IMG/VR virus record: IMGVR_UViG_3300020380_000908
Location: 1 to 45,519 of that record
Reading direction: 5' to 3' (one strand)
DNA length: 45,519 nucleotides
Origin: a virus
Lineage: Duplodnaviria > Caudoviricetes
Part shown: positions 17,587 through 26,944 of the stretch, piece by piece
How the letters are laid out: every line of letters begins with the position of its first letter
Position numbering within the stretch: position 1 is the first letter of the stretch
Translations under genes and position numbers: made by a program
The notes under the pieces: generated by a model
What the model saw: the letters and a program-made list of their open reading frames with translations, nothing else
The model's database searches: none
Told to the model about the DNA's origin: nothing

Positions 17587-19103
17587 TGAAAATTTCAGTA
17601 TTCACTCCTTCACACGATCTAAAACATATAGACCGCCCACTTGAAAGCCTCAAAAAACAAACCCTTAAGGATTTTGAATGGATTATTCTCCTAAACGGAA
17701 AAGCAATAAACGAAAAAGACGATTTAGAGAGTAAGTTAAATGAGGCTAATTTAAATTATAAAATAATTATTCACTCGTTTCAAGACTTACTAGCAAGTAA
17801 ATCTCTGTCAGGCGAAAAAGTAATCCTGTATAAAACAGAAAGCTGCCCTTGGTGCGCGGAGGCTAAAGCTCTCCTCCAAAAACATAAGATTAATTTTGAA
17901 GAAAAAAATGTTGGCGAAGAAAAATACGCTCAAGAACTGCAATCCAAATTACAATCTACTGGAAAAAAAGCTGGAGGCGTACCTGTTACAGATTTTGACG
18001 GCGTCTTACTCTCTGGATTTAAAGAGCTTAGTGATATTTTCGAAAATAACATAGGGGCTTTAAAGAAAAAGTGTTGCGAGCAGTCAAGTGGTGAAATTTT
18101 AGTGGAATTAGATCATGATGACGAACTAACTGAAGACTGTCTGGAAAAGGTTGCTAAGACTTTTGAAGAACATAATTGCGATTTCTGCTTTAGCGATGAT
18201 TACATGATAAGAAACGGAGAATACGTAGCTCCGTTTGGTGAAGCTCACGGTTGGACTAAAAAATATGACTCTCAAAACAATGTATATCACCCAGCGCATG
18301 AACCCGATGCTCTGAGTTTTTCTTATATATGGTACGCACCAGATCACGTAAGAGCTTGGAGAAAATCCTTTTATCAAGTTATCGGCGGTCACGATGCGTC
18401 ACTGGATGTTTGTGATGATTATGATTTGGTTTGTAAAAGTTATATACATGGAAATGTAAAAAGAATCCCTGAACCCTTGTATAAATATCATATTCACGAA
18501 GAAAATACTTCATCAAATGAAAAGAATGAAAAAATACAAAAACTTACTCACGACCTTCACGACAAATACATTTTAGAGCTAGCATCTAAATGGTGTGACC
18601 TAAATCAACTCAAAAAAGTAGATTTATGTAGTTGCAACAATAAACCTGCGGGTTTTATTGGGGTGGATAAAAGAAAACTGAATGACGAAGATATAGAATT
18701 CGATCTAGATCAACCTAACTGGCCTTTTGAAAATGGATCAGTAGGAGTGTTCAGACTGCAAGACGCGCTTGAACATATGAGAGACCCAATTAATACTATG
18801 AAAGAAATGCATAGATGTCTTGTTGATTTTGGGTGGGTGATAATAGACGTACCGAGTACAGATGGTAGAGGAGCTTTTCAAGACCCTACTCATGTTAGTT
18901 ATTGGAATAGTAACAGCTTCTGGTATTATACGAAAGCTAATCAAGCTCATTTCATTGGTACTCCAGTTAAATTTCAATTAAATAGAATAGATAATTACTT
19001 CCCCTCTGAATGGCATGAGTTCCATAATATTCTATACACTAAAGCTCATTTAGTTAAACTCCCAGATAATGGAGTTGTTCCTCCTCACGGAAGAGAAATA
19101 TAA
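17586..19103 (+). CDS. GT2 glycosyltransferase with inserted glutaredoxin domain and C-terminal methyltransferase-like domain
   Basis: GT2: ISVFTP, Q...FEWII, ELDHDD, GG.D....DDYDL. Grx: YKTESCPWC...K.LL...VP...DG..L.GF. MTase: LEH..DP...M.E..R.L...G...I.VP...A.QDPTH. Confidence 0.8.
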   Translation: MKISVFTPSHDLKHIDRPLESLKKQTLKDFEWIILLNGKAINEKDDLESKLNEANLNYKIIIHSFQDLLASKSLSGEKVILYKTESCPWCAEAKALLQKHKINFEEKNVGEEKYAQELQSKLQSTGKKAGGVPVTDFDGVLLSGFKELSDIFENNIGALKKKCCEQSSGEILVELDHDDELTEDCLEKVAKTFEEHNCDFCFSDDYMIRNGEYVAPFGEAHGWTKKYDSQNNVYHPAHEPDALSFSYIWYAPDHVRAWRKSFYQVIGGHDASLDVCDDYDLVCKSYIHGNVKRIPEPLYKYHIHEENTSSNEKNEKIQKLTHDLHDKYILELASKWCDLNQLKKVDLCSCNNKPAGFIGVDKRKLNDEDIEFDLDQPNWPFENGSVGVFRLQDALEHMRDPINTMKEMHRCLVDFGWVIIDVPSTDGRGAFQDPTHVSYWNSNSFWYYTKANQAHFIGTPVKFQLNRIDNYFPSEWHEFHNILYTKAHLVKLPDNGVVPPHGREI

Positions 19104-19160
19104 TTTTTTTCTTCCATTTTTAAAAATAAATAGTACTATGTATAGACACGAAAGAAGAAG

Positions 19161-21641
19161 ATGAACAAGGAATCTATAAACGTAAAAAAGAGGAACGGAA
19201 GACTTCAAGAGCTAGACACAAACAAAATTAATCTCTGCGTTGAAAGAGCCTGTGAAGGACTCGATGAGGTTTCTGCTAGTGAAGTAATACTGGATGCTCA
19301 CGTTCAATTATACGATAAAATCACAACGAAAGAAATTGACTCAGCATTAATAATGAGTGCGAGGCAAAAAATAGAAAAGGAACCTAACTATTCTTATGTA
19401 GCGTCAAGACTCCTTCTCGCTACAATTCATAAAGAAGTCTTCGGAGAAAGCAGAGATAAAGACGCATTTGATCATCAGTATAGACTTTCTTTCATAAAGA
19501 ATATAAAAGCACTCGTAAAAGCTGACATACTTTCTGATAAGCTTTTAAATTTTGACTTGAAAAAACTTTCAGAGAATCTTGTTCTTGATAGAGATTTTAA
19601 TTTTAAATACCTAGGTCTTCAAATCATAAAAGACAGATATCTCCATCATATCGATGGAAGAAGAATGGAAACCCCTCAAGCCTTTTGGATGAGAGTCGCT
19701 ATGGGATTAGCTTTGGAAGAAGATAATCCTGAAGAAAGAGCTATTGAGTTTTACAATGCACTTTCTCAGTTTTACTTGTGCTGCTCAACACCCACTTTAT
19801 TTAATAGCGGTAGCACTCATAGCCAACTTTCCAGTTGCTACCTAAATACCTTTGACGATTCGATTGATGGAATCTTTGAAGGGTTATGGCAAGAGGCTAG
19901 AAAATCAAAATATGCAGGAGGCTTAGGTTTTGATGTTACTAACTTTAGAGCCGCAAACTCTTACGTTAAGGGTACTAATGGTAAATCTTCAGGCTTAATT
20001 CCTTGGCTTAAAATTTATAATGATACCCTCATCGCTGTGGACCAAGGAGGAAAAAGGCCCGGAGCGGGATGCGCTTATATTGAGCCTTGGCATTTAGATA
20101 TAGAAGATTTCCTCGATCTTAAAAAGAATACTGGCGACGAACGCAGAAGGTGTCATGACATGAACACCGCAAACTGGCTACCTGATCTTTTCATCCGTAG
20201 TGTTCAGAAAGATGAAGATTGGTATTTATTTTCTCCGTCAGATGTGCGCGACCTCCATGAATCATACGGAGAAGATTTTGATAAAAAATATAAAAAATAC
20301 TGCAAACTCGCAGACAAAGGCGAGATGCCTAATTATAAAAAGGTAAAAGCTAAAGACCTTTGGAAAAAAATGTTAAGAGTTTTGTTTGAGACAGGCCATC
20401 CTTGGATGACCTTCAAAGACAATTCTAACCTCAGATACTCAAACTCCCATGAAGGAGTTATTCATAGTTCAAATCTTTGCACCGAAATTTTCTTACACAC
20501 AAAACCATCTCAGTTTAAAGATGGAGAAAAAGTAGAGGTAGGTGAGACTGCTGTATGTAATTTAAGCTCTGTAAATTTAAAGCAACATCTAAAAGAGAAT
20601 GGTAAGCTAGATTTTAAACTCCTAGCTAAAACCATAGAAACTCAAATTAGAATGTTAGACAATGTTATAAACTTAAACTATTACCCAACTAAAGAAGCTC
20701 ACAAAGCTAATATGAGTCATAGACCCATAGGTGCAGGTAGCATGGGTTGGGCAGATGTTTTTAACTCTTACAAAGTTAACTTCTCCAGTGATGATGCAGT
20801 TAAGTTTTCTGACGAACTTTACGAATTCATTTCTTATCATTGTATTTTAAACTCAAGTAAGCTAGCCAAAGAAAGAGGCACTTACTGCACCTACGAAGGG
20901 TCTTTGTGGAGCAAAAACATTTTACCCATTGATACTTACAAAAATCTAATGGATTACTTGGAGGAAAAGCCAATGATCCATAGAGGTAAGAAATTTTGCC
21001 CTGAATTAGATTGGAAAATTACAAGGGATCACATCAGGGATCACGGCATGAGGAATAGTAACACTATGGCTATAGCCCCCACTGCCACTATCTCCTACAT
21101 TCAAGGTTGCTCCCCTTGTATTGAGCCAGATTTTTCCACGCTTTTCGTATACGAAAACAAGTCTGGCAACTTGACTATCACAAATGAATGGTTTGTTAAA
21201 GAGTGCAAAGAGCTTGGTATATGGAACGCTAACTTTGTGGAAATTATGAAATCTGTTAACGGAGACGTATCCTTGATTGATAACCAAATTCTTTCCGCTG
21301 ACATTAAAGACAGATACAAAACAGCCTTTGATCATGATCAATTTAAGCTAATAGACTCAGCTGCGGCAAAACAAAAATGGATAGACATGGGGCAAAGCTT
21401 AAATTTATTTAATAATAAAAGTTCCCTAAAGTTCTTGAATGACCTGTATATTCATGCTAGAAATTCCGGTCTTAAAAGCACTTATTATTTAAGAAATAAA
21501 TCAGCAAGTGAAATTGAAAAGTCAACAAAAATTGAAAAGGTGGACGACACTAATAGTAGTAACCCAGATACTTCTAATGATAATCTATCTGATGTCAAAG
21601 CTTGCTCAATCTTAGACCCAACCTGTGAAAGCTGCCAATAA
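19161..21641 (+). CDS. nrdA: Ribonucleotide reductase class I alpha subunit with ATP cone
   Basis: VKKRNG ATP cone, TPTLFN, QLSSC, SNLCTEI, CNLSS, APTAT, K..YY, C-terminal CESCQ. Confidence 0.97.
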   Translation: MNKESINVKKRNGRLQELDTNKINLCVERACEGLDEVSASEVILDAHVQLYDKITTKEIDSALIMSARQKIEKEPNYSYVASRLLLATIHKEVFGESRDKDAFDHQYRLSFIKNIKALVKADILSDKLLNFDLKKLSENLVLDRDFNFKYLGLQIIKDRYLHHIDGRRMETPQAFWMRVAMGLALEEDNPEERAIEFYNALSQFYLCCSTPTLFNSGSTHSQLSSCYLNTFDDSIDGIFEGLWQEARKSKYAGGLGFDVTNFRAANSYVKGTNGKSSGLIPWLKIYNDTLIAVDQGGKRPGAGCAYIEPWHLDIEDFLDLKKNTGDERRRCHDMNTANWLPDLFIRSVQKDEDWYLFSPSDVRDLHESYGEDFDKKYKKYCKLADKGEMPNYKKVKAKDLWKKMLRVLFETGHPWMTFKDNSNLRYSNSHEGVIHSSNLCTEIFLHTKPSQFKDGEKVEVGETAVCNLSSVNLKQHLKENGKLDFKLLAKTIETQIRMLDNVINLNYYPTKEAHKANMSHRPIGAGSMGWADVFNSYKVNFSSDDAVKFSDELYEFISYHCILNSSKLAKERGTYCTYEGSLWSKNILPIDTYKNLMDYLEEKPMIHRGKKFCPELDWKITRDHIRDHGMRNSNTMAIAPTATISYIQGCSPCIEPDFSTLFVYENKSGNLTITNEWFVKECKELGIWNANFVEIMKSVNGDVSLIDNQILSADIKDRYKTAFDHDQFKLIDSAAAKQKWIDMGQSLNLFNNKSSLKFLNDLYIHARNSGLKSTYYLRNKSASEIEKSTKIEKVDDTNSSNPDTSNDNLSDVKACSILDPTCESCQ

Positions 21642-21913
21642 TGAGTGATAAACTGCAAATCAAAACTCCAAAAGAAAAAATCGAAGCTCTCGCTGAAGAG
21701 TTAGAAAAAAACCCGCAAACCGAAGACCTGTCTGTTGTACTGTTTATAGTAGCTGGCACTACTATTTTAGGTAAAGAAGCGCAAAAATCTTTAGCTACTT
21801 GGTGTGCTACTTGGGCTAATAGTGTAATTAACGAGGTGGAAGCCATTAGAGAGGAAGAGACCGTCGATGAGCTTTCTAAGAAAATAATCGAAGGAGATAA
21901 TAAGAATGAATAA
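21641..21913 (+). CDS. Hypothetical protein between nrdA and nrdB
   Basis: ORF overlapping both neighbours. Confidence 0.55.
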   Translation: MSDKLQIKTPKEKIEALAEELEKNPQTEDLSVVLFIVAGTTILGKEAQKSLATWCATWANSVINEVEAIREEETVDELSKKIIEGDNKNE

Positions 21914-22919
21914 AAAGGATGGATTACTATTAGGAGAAAATATAGCGGGGGTGAATCAGATTCTTCCCCACAAACACGCATTTGCTTGGGACTTGTTTCA
22001 AAAAGGAGTAGCCAATAACTGGTCTCCATCTGAAATAAATATGTCTGATGATATTAAACAATGGAACAATGGTTCGTTGTTAGATGATGAAAAATTACTC
22101 GTTAAAAGATGCCTTGGCTTTTTTGCTGGAAGTGAGTCCTTGGTTGGCAATAATTTACTTCTTAGCGTCGCAAAATGGATAACTGATCCAGAGTGCAGAC
22201 AATATATATTAAGACAGGCTTATGAAGAATCCTTGCACAATTGGACAGTAGTAACTTGCTGCGATAGCTATAATCTTAAAGTTAGCGAAGTATACGAAGC
22301 TTATCTGAATATACCTTCCATTAAAGCTAAAGATGATTTTCTGATGAACATAACGTCAGATGTCAATAGGCAAGATTTTAGTACAAAAACTGTAGAAGGA
22401 AAAAGAGAGTTTTTGAGGAACTTAATCACATACTATGTAGTATGTGAGGGAACGTTTTTCTTTAGTGGTTTCGCAATGCTGCTAGCTCTAGGTAGACAGA
22501 ACAAACTTCCGGGGCTTTCTGATCAAATTAGATATACTCTTAGAGATGAGAGCTTGCATATACAATTTGGCACATACTTGATAAACACAATTAAAGAACA
22601 ATATCCATCGGTGTGGACGAAAAAATTCGAGAACGAGACAACCGAGCATATCAAAAAAGCTGTTGAGCTAGAGGTTCAATATGCTGGTGATGTTCTACCA
22701 AGGGGTATATTGGGTCTCAACGCTGATATGTTTGTCGATTACATGCAGTACATCGGCAACAGGCGACTCGAAGGAATTGGCATTGACTTCCGTTTTGACA
22801 GCGATCAGAATCCATTTCCTTGGCTTTCTGAAGTCGTTGATACGGGAGCAATGACCAATTTTTTTGAAAGAAAAGTTAAAGATTATCAAAATTCAGGGGT
22901 TTTGGAAGACGATTTCTAA
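21906..22919 (+). CDS. nrdB: Ribonucleotide reductase beta subunit, class Ic-like
   Basis: FFAGSESLVGNN, EESLH, EGTFF.SGF, RDESLH, NFFE...DY. Confidence 0.95.
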   Translation: MNKKDGLLLGENIAGVNQILPHKHAFAWDLFQKGVANNWSPSEINMSDDIKQWNNGSLLDDEKLLVKRCLGFFAGSESLVGNNLLLSVAKWITDPECRQYILRQAYEESLHNWTVVTCCDSYNLKVSEVYEAYLNIPSIKAKDDFLMNITSDVNRQDFSTKTVEGKREFLRNLITYYVVCEGTFFFSGFAMLLALGRQNKLPGLSDQIRYTLRDESLHIQFGTYLINTIKEQYPSVWTKKFENETTEHIKKAVELEVQYAGDVLPRGILGLNADMFVDYMQYIGNRRLEGIGIDFRFDSDQNPFPWLSEVVDTGAMTNFFERKVKDYQNSGVLEDDF

Positions 22920-22966
22920 AAAAATCATGAATACAATGGCGAATTCTTATTCTAAATACAACAAAA

Positions 22967-23245
22967 ATGAGTACAAGTAAAACAACGAAAACAGGGTCGG
23001 CTAAAACGGCCAAGAGAAAATCAGCTAAAACAAAAAAGTCAACAAGCTGCTCAAGTAGTGGAGCATCATGCAAAGAAAAACTATATGTGAGGCTTTGTAT
23101 CCTACTGCTGGCACTTAACTTTGCTTTAACTGGTTATGTGGTTCACAGTGTTTTGGAAATCCAAGATCAACTTACTACAGATGATTCATCTCAAACAACC
23201 ACAGCAACAACCACAACAACAGAAGAAACTGAAACAACTGAATAA
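22967..23245 (+). CDS. Small membrane protein with Lys-rich N-terminus and Thr/Glu-rich tail
   Basis: Basic N-terminus and a single TM segment (LCILLLALNFALTGYVV). Confidence 0.6.
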   Translation: MSTSKTTKTGSAKTAKRKSAKTKKSTSCSSSGASCKEKLYVRLCILLLALNFALTGYVVHSVLEIQDQLTTDDSSQTTTATTTTTEETETTE

Positions 23246-23258
23246 TTTGTTAAGAAAA

Positions 23259-23453
23259 ATGAAAACACTAGCAACAGTAACAGTAGGGATGCTGCTTTTT
23301 GCAGCGTCAGGATGTACAAGTACACTAACAGTAGGCCCACAAGCTAACACAGACGCCGTCATTGGCGGTGATGTTAGCACTGAGTCTGCATCAGTAACAC
23401 TACCTCTTGTCAAGGCTACTCTTGGAGAGGCGAAAGGTGGTGGTAAAAAGTAA
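23259..23453 (+). CDS. Small lipoprotein
   Basis: MKTLATVTVGMLLFAASG-C lipobox; ATG at 23259 preferred. Confidence 0.65.
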   Translation: MKTLATVTVGMLLFAASGCTSTLTVGPQANTDAVIGGDVSTESASVTLPLVKATLGEAKGGGKK

Positions 23454-23474
23454 TCAAGGCTACCCAACCCTTGC

Positions 23475-23507
23475 AAACCCCTTAGATTAACTTCTGAGGG
23501 GTTTTTT
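23475..23507 (+). terminator. Rho-independent terminator between convergent genes
   Basis: AAACCCCTTAGA/TCTGAGGGGTTT stem plus T-run. Confidence 0.8.
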
Positions 23508-23508
23508 A

Positions 23509-24021
23509 TTAGAATATTACCTTACCATGTATTTCCTTTAAAGAAACTAAACCATACCAAGAAGATTCCCTGTTATCTCCTATTACCCAAATATATCCTT
23601 TAGGAATCTCAATCTCACCCTCATTTTCGTTAAAAAATAAATTCATCTCTTCATCCAAATAAAATATGATTCTAGCGTTAGAAAAATCATCTTTTACTTC
23701 TTTATTATTTACAAATATCTTACCCCACTTTATCTGAACTTTTTCTCCAGACACAGCGATGACTCTCTTAACTAACTCATCTCCTTCTTCATCGGGGTCT
23801 CCTAATATAATTATTTCATTTTTTTCAGGTAAGAAAAATTTATAAGTCCATTCATCCACTAAAAGCTTTTGTCCGTCTTTGAAAGTCGGGTACATACTGT
23901 CACCTCGCACCTCTGACCAAGAATACCCTTGATGAAAAACAACAGCAAACACGCAGAATAAAGTAAATATTCTTACTTTTCTACTGAGATTTTTAACGCT
24001 GAAGAAACTAAAATCCACCAT
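23509..24021 (-). CDS. lepB: Signal peptidase I (S26)
   Basis: TM segment, then GDSMYPT (Ser), LVKRV (Lys) and GDNR..S. Confidence 0.88.
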   Translation of the reverse strand: MVDFSFFSVKNLSRKVRIFTLFCVFAVVFHQGYSWSEVRGDSMYPTFKDGQKLLVDEWTYKFFLPEKNEIIILGDPDEEGDELVKRVIAVSGEKVQIKWGKIFVNNKEVKDDFSNARIIFYLDEEMNLFFNENEGEIEIPKGYIWVIGDNRESSWYGLVSLKEIHGKVIF

Positions 24022-24349
24022 TTATTATAATGGTTTCTTGAATTTTTTTATAAAATTGAATCACCTTATACTGAAATATGTTAAGAGCCAGACTCACCCC
24101 AAATAAAACTGCAAAAATTATATTCAGCCAATAAGCTTTACTTTGTAGCCAATTCTCTACTTTTTGAAAAAAAGATATTTTTGGAAAGAAACAATTGCTC
24201 ATTTTTTTGTCTTTTTTTACGGTTTTAGCGGGTTTAGCGGGTTTTTGCTTCTCCTTCTTTTCCTCTTCTTCGAAACCTATTATCCAAGTCCCATTCCTGT
24301 ACCTTAGCAATTTACCTCTCTTCATTATACGCCCACCCCGCAGTTCCAT
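24008..24349 (-). CDS. Hypothetical membrane protein
   Basis: One C-terminal TM segment; the true start may be the internal MKRGK. Confidence 0.5.
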   Translation of the reverse strand: MELRGGRIMKRGKLLRYRNGTWIIGFEEEEKKEKQKPAKPAKTVKKDKKMSNCFFPKISFFQKVENWLQSKAYWLNIIFAVLFGVSLALNIFQYKVIQFYKKIQETIIINGGF

Positions 24350-24758
24350 TCTGTGTTGAATAAAGCCTTTTACTCAACTCTTCTATGATTTTCTTTTGTT
24401 CGTTTATAAAATTCTCAGCTTTATGTAGCATAATTCCTTGGTCTCGAATTATTTTTTGCAATTTAACATTATTTTCTTCAAGATTTTGGCAAACCTTATA
24501 TAAAGCATTATAATTTGTTACCAGCATAGAGTGTTCGGTTTTTAACTTAGTATGTTTTTCGGTGTCTTTTACTTCATCTATGCCCCAAACCGACACCCAA
24601 AACAAAGAAGTAACTAAAATAGCGGTTAATAAATTCTTATCACCGAATAATTTAGTTTTAATAGAACGGAATATATTTTTAATTTTATTCACTCTACAAT
24701 AGATTACACCCTTTAAAGCATCTATTTTAATATCTTTTCTTAAAAAAGAGTTTTTCAT
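24312..24758 (-). CDS. TM plus coiled-coil protein
   Basis: LLTAILVTSLFWVSVW followed by a coiled coil. Alternative GTG start at 24692 follows a GTGTAAT motif. Confidence 0.55.
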   Translation of the reverse strand: MKNSFLRKDIKIDALKGVIYCRVNKIKNIFRSIKTKLFGDKNLLTAILVTSLFWVSVWGIDEVKDTEKHTKLKTEHSMLVTNYNALYKVCQNLEENNVKLQKIIRDQGIMLHKAENFINEQKKIIEELSKRLYSTQNGTAGWAYNEER

Positions 24759-24840
24759 GGAAGATTAACTACACTCAACAAGCGCTCAATAGAAATATTT
24801 TATTTTCTGAAAAAACAATTAATAAAGTGTAATTGTATGT

Positions 24841-25119
24841 ATGAGCACACTATTAAACTTTAAAAATATGGTTTTAAATAAATGTAAAAGAAACTGTAAA
24901 TGCTCTTATTGTAGGGCTAAAAAATGGCTTAAATCATCATTGTCTTCGCTATGGTCATTTGTTAAGGAAGTTATGACTGAGCCAGAGCTTATCAAGTCTC
25001 TTGGTTTAATCGCTTCGGTTGGCGTACTTGCAATTACGGGGGATGTGAAATGCTTTCTCGGAACAGTTGCTTTAGGTTTAGCCTTTATTAACCTATATGA
25101 ATATTTCAGATGGAGATAA
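24841..25119 (+). CDS. Small membrane protein with Cys-rich N-terminus
   Basis: GTGTAAT 7 nt upstream; two hydrophobic segments. Confidence 0.55.
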   Translation: MSTLLNFKNMVLNKCKRNCKCSYCRAKKWLKSSLSSLWSFVKEVMTEPELIKSLGLIASVGVLAITGDVKCFLGTVALGLAFINLYEYFRWR

Positions 25120-25143
25120 CTTTAAACTAGTGTAATAAATGTT

Positions 25144-25434
25144 ATGGACATAGATTTTCAATTCTTTTTAAATGTCGTAATAGGTATTGTTACCTTTTTC
25201 GGGGGATGGATTCTGAAAACTTTTTGGAGCAGGATGAATGACCTAGAAGAAGAGCAGCAGGAACTTTACGAGAAACAAACCGAGGATATGAAAGAGCAAA
25301 GCAAAGAATTGAATCTTCTCGCATTAAGCTTACCGGAAAAATACGTTTCAAAAAGTGACTTCGACAATCTAGTAAAGGTAGTTCATCACAGATTCGATAG
25401 ATTAGAAGAAAAGCTAGATAAAATGAAAAAATAA
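25144..25434 (+). CDS. TM plus coiled-coil protein (holin-like)
   Basis: N-terminal TM, LPEKYVSKSDF...RLEEKLD; GTGTAAT 7 nt upstream. Confidence 0.55.
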   Translation: MDIDFQFFLNVVIGIVTFFGGWILKTFWSRMNDLEEEQQELYEKQTEDMKEQSKELNLLALSLPEKYVSKSDFDNLVKVVHHRFDRLEEKLDKMKK

Positions 25435-25435
25435 C

Positions 25436-25463
25436 TTGATTTTTCAAAAATATCTATTATACT
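25436..25463 (+). promoter_or_regulatory. Sigma70-type promoter
   Basis: TTGATT-16-TATACT; GTG start 6 nt downstream. Confidence 0.65.
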
Positions 25464-25469
25464 TCTAGT

Positions 25470-25850
25470 GTGGCTAAATTCGGCAAAAAAGAATACAGTA
25501 TTCTTGTTAAACTCTTTCTAAAAGAGCCAGTAAAGATTAATTATCCAGAGCAATATGGCGTTGCAAAAAAACTTTTAACTCATTACCCAAACATAAAGTT
25601 CTGGCAGTCTTCCGCTCTTTCAGAAAAAAAGTCCAGACTGAACTCTTTGGCTTGGTTTTTAACAGAGGATGGAGTAAACTTTCTAGAGGACTCATATAAT
25701 TATTTTGTAAAAATTCAAAAACTTGACAAGAATGTCTTTGTCAATCAATCAATACCACTACAAGAAAAGCCTGTTGGTGAAAGCGTAGGTCTTAAAACTA
25801 ACAAAAAGAAATCATTAATGGAATTTATAAAAGATGCCGAGAAAAAGTAA
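25470..25850 (+). CDS. Hypothetical protein
   Basis: First ORF of the recA operon. Confidence 0.6.
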   Translation: MAKFGKKEYSILVKLFLKEPVKINYPEQYGVAKKLLTHYPNIKFWQSSALSEKKSRLNSLAWFLTEDGVNFLEDSYNYFVKIQKLDKNVFVNQSIPLQEKPVGESVGLKTNKKKSLMEFIKDAEKK

Positions 25851-26934
25851 AACTGACGCAGGAGAAGGTGTTTCACCAGTTGATCAAATCCAAGCTTATC
25901 TTGAGCAAAATAAAGGAGATCACTATAACTTTGAGGAAGAACGTAGCTACGTTGTTTCAAGCGGTAGTCTTTTAATGGATATTGAAATGGGTGGGGGCAT
26001 CGGCCCCGGAGTTATAAGAGCCTCTGGAATAACAGAGGGAGGTAAAACCTCTTGTGCTTTAGCCTTTGCTAAAAACTTCCAAAAAATGGACAACGCAATG
26101 GTTGTTTATTTTAAAGCCGAAGGAAGGCTCACTAAAGAAATGGTAAAAAGAGCAGGTATTGACCAAGACCCCCTCAAGTGGAGAGAGATAAAATCCAATG
26201 TATATGAAACAGTTATAAACTTAATGAGGCAGCTTGTTCAAAACAATGATAGAAATTTTAAATATATGTTTATCATAGACTCTATGGACTCTTTGGTTCC
26301 AAAGGCTGATTTAGAAAAAGGCCCAGAAGAAGCCAACAAGGTCGCTGGAGGAGCATTACTAAGCTCAGACTTCTTAAGAAAGATGGCCCTAGGACTCTCT
26401 ACTAGAGGTCATATCTGTTACATGATTTCTCAAGTTAGAAGTAATGTCTCAATTAATCCATATCAAAAAGGAGACGCAAAAGTAACAAACGCCTCTGGAG
26501 GCAATGCCCTACTACACTACAGTGATTGGATTCTGGAATTTCAAGAAAGACACCTAAATGACATCATATCCTCAGAACCTAGGGGTAAAGGAGACATATA
26601 TGGTCATTGGTGTAAAATTATTTTCAGAAAAACACCCAATGAGAAAACAGGTACACTGGTCAGATACCCAATTAGGTACGGCCAGCAAGATGGAAAAAGC
26701 ATCTGGGTTCAATATGAAGTCGTAGATATGCTTTTAGCATTTGATATGGCCAAAAAAGCTGGAGCTTGGGTTACCATCTCTGATGACCTCATAGAAGAGG
26801 TTGACAAGGAACTTAAAATAGAGTTCAAAAAACAGCATCAAGGCATAGATAACCTTAAGAAATACTTTGAAGAAAACGAAGAGATAGGAAAATATCTCTT
26901 CAATAAATTCAGAGAAACCTTAAAGAAGAGTTAA
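25834..26934 (+). CDS. RecA/UvsX-like recombinase
   Basis: SSGSLLMD..MGGG, G..EGGKTS (Walker A), IIDS (Walker B), ISQVR, SGGNAL.HY. Confidence 0.88.
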   Translation: MPRKSKTDAGEGVSPVDQIQAYLEQNKGDHYNFEEERSYVVSSGSLLMDIEMGGGIGPGVIRASGITEGGKTSCALAFAKNFQKMDNAMVVYFKAEGRLTKEMVKRAGIDQDPLKWREIKSNVYETVINLMRQLVQNNDRNFKYMFIIDSMDSLVPKADLEKGPEEANKVAGGALLSSDFLRKMALGLSTRGHICYMISQVRSNVSINPYQKGDAKVTNASGGNALLHYSDWILEFQERHLNDIISSEPRGKGDIYGHWCKIIFRKTPNEKTGTLVRYPIRYGQQDGKSIWVQYEVVDMLLAFDMAKKAGAWVTISDDLIEEVDKELKIEFKKQHQGIDNLKKYFEENEEIGKYLFNKFRETLKKS

Positions 26935-26944
26935 GGTATCCAGC

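Noticed and set aside
22927-22980. 17-codon ORF upstream of 22967
   Set aside because: Too short, with no supporting signal.
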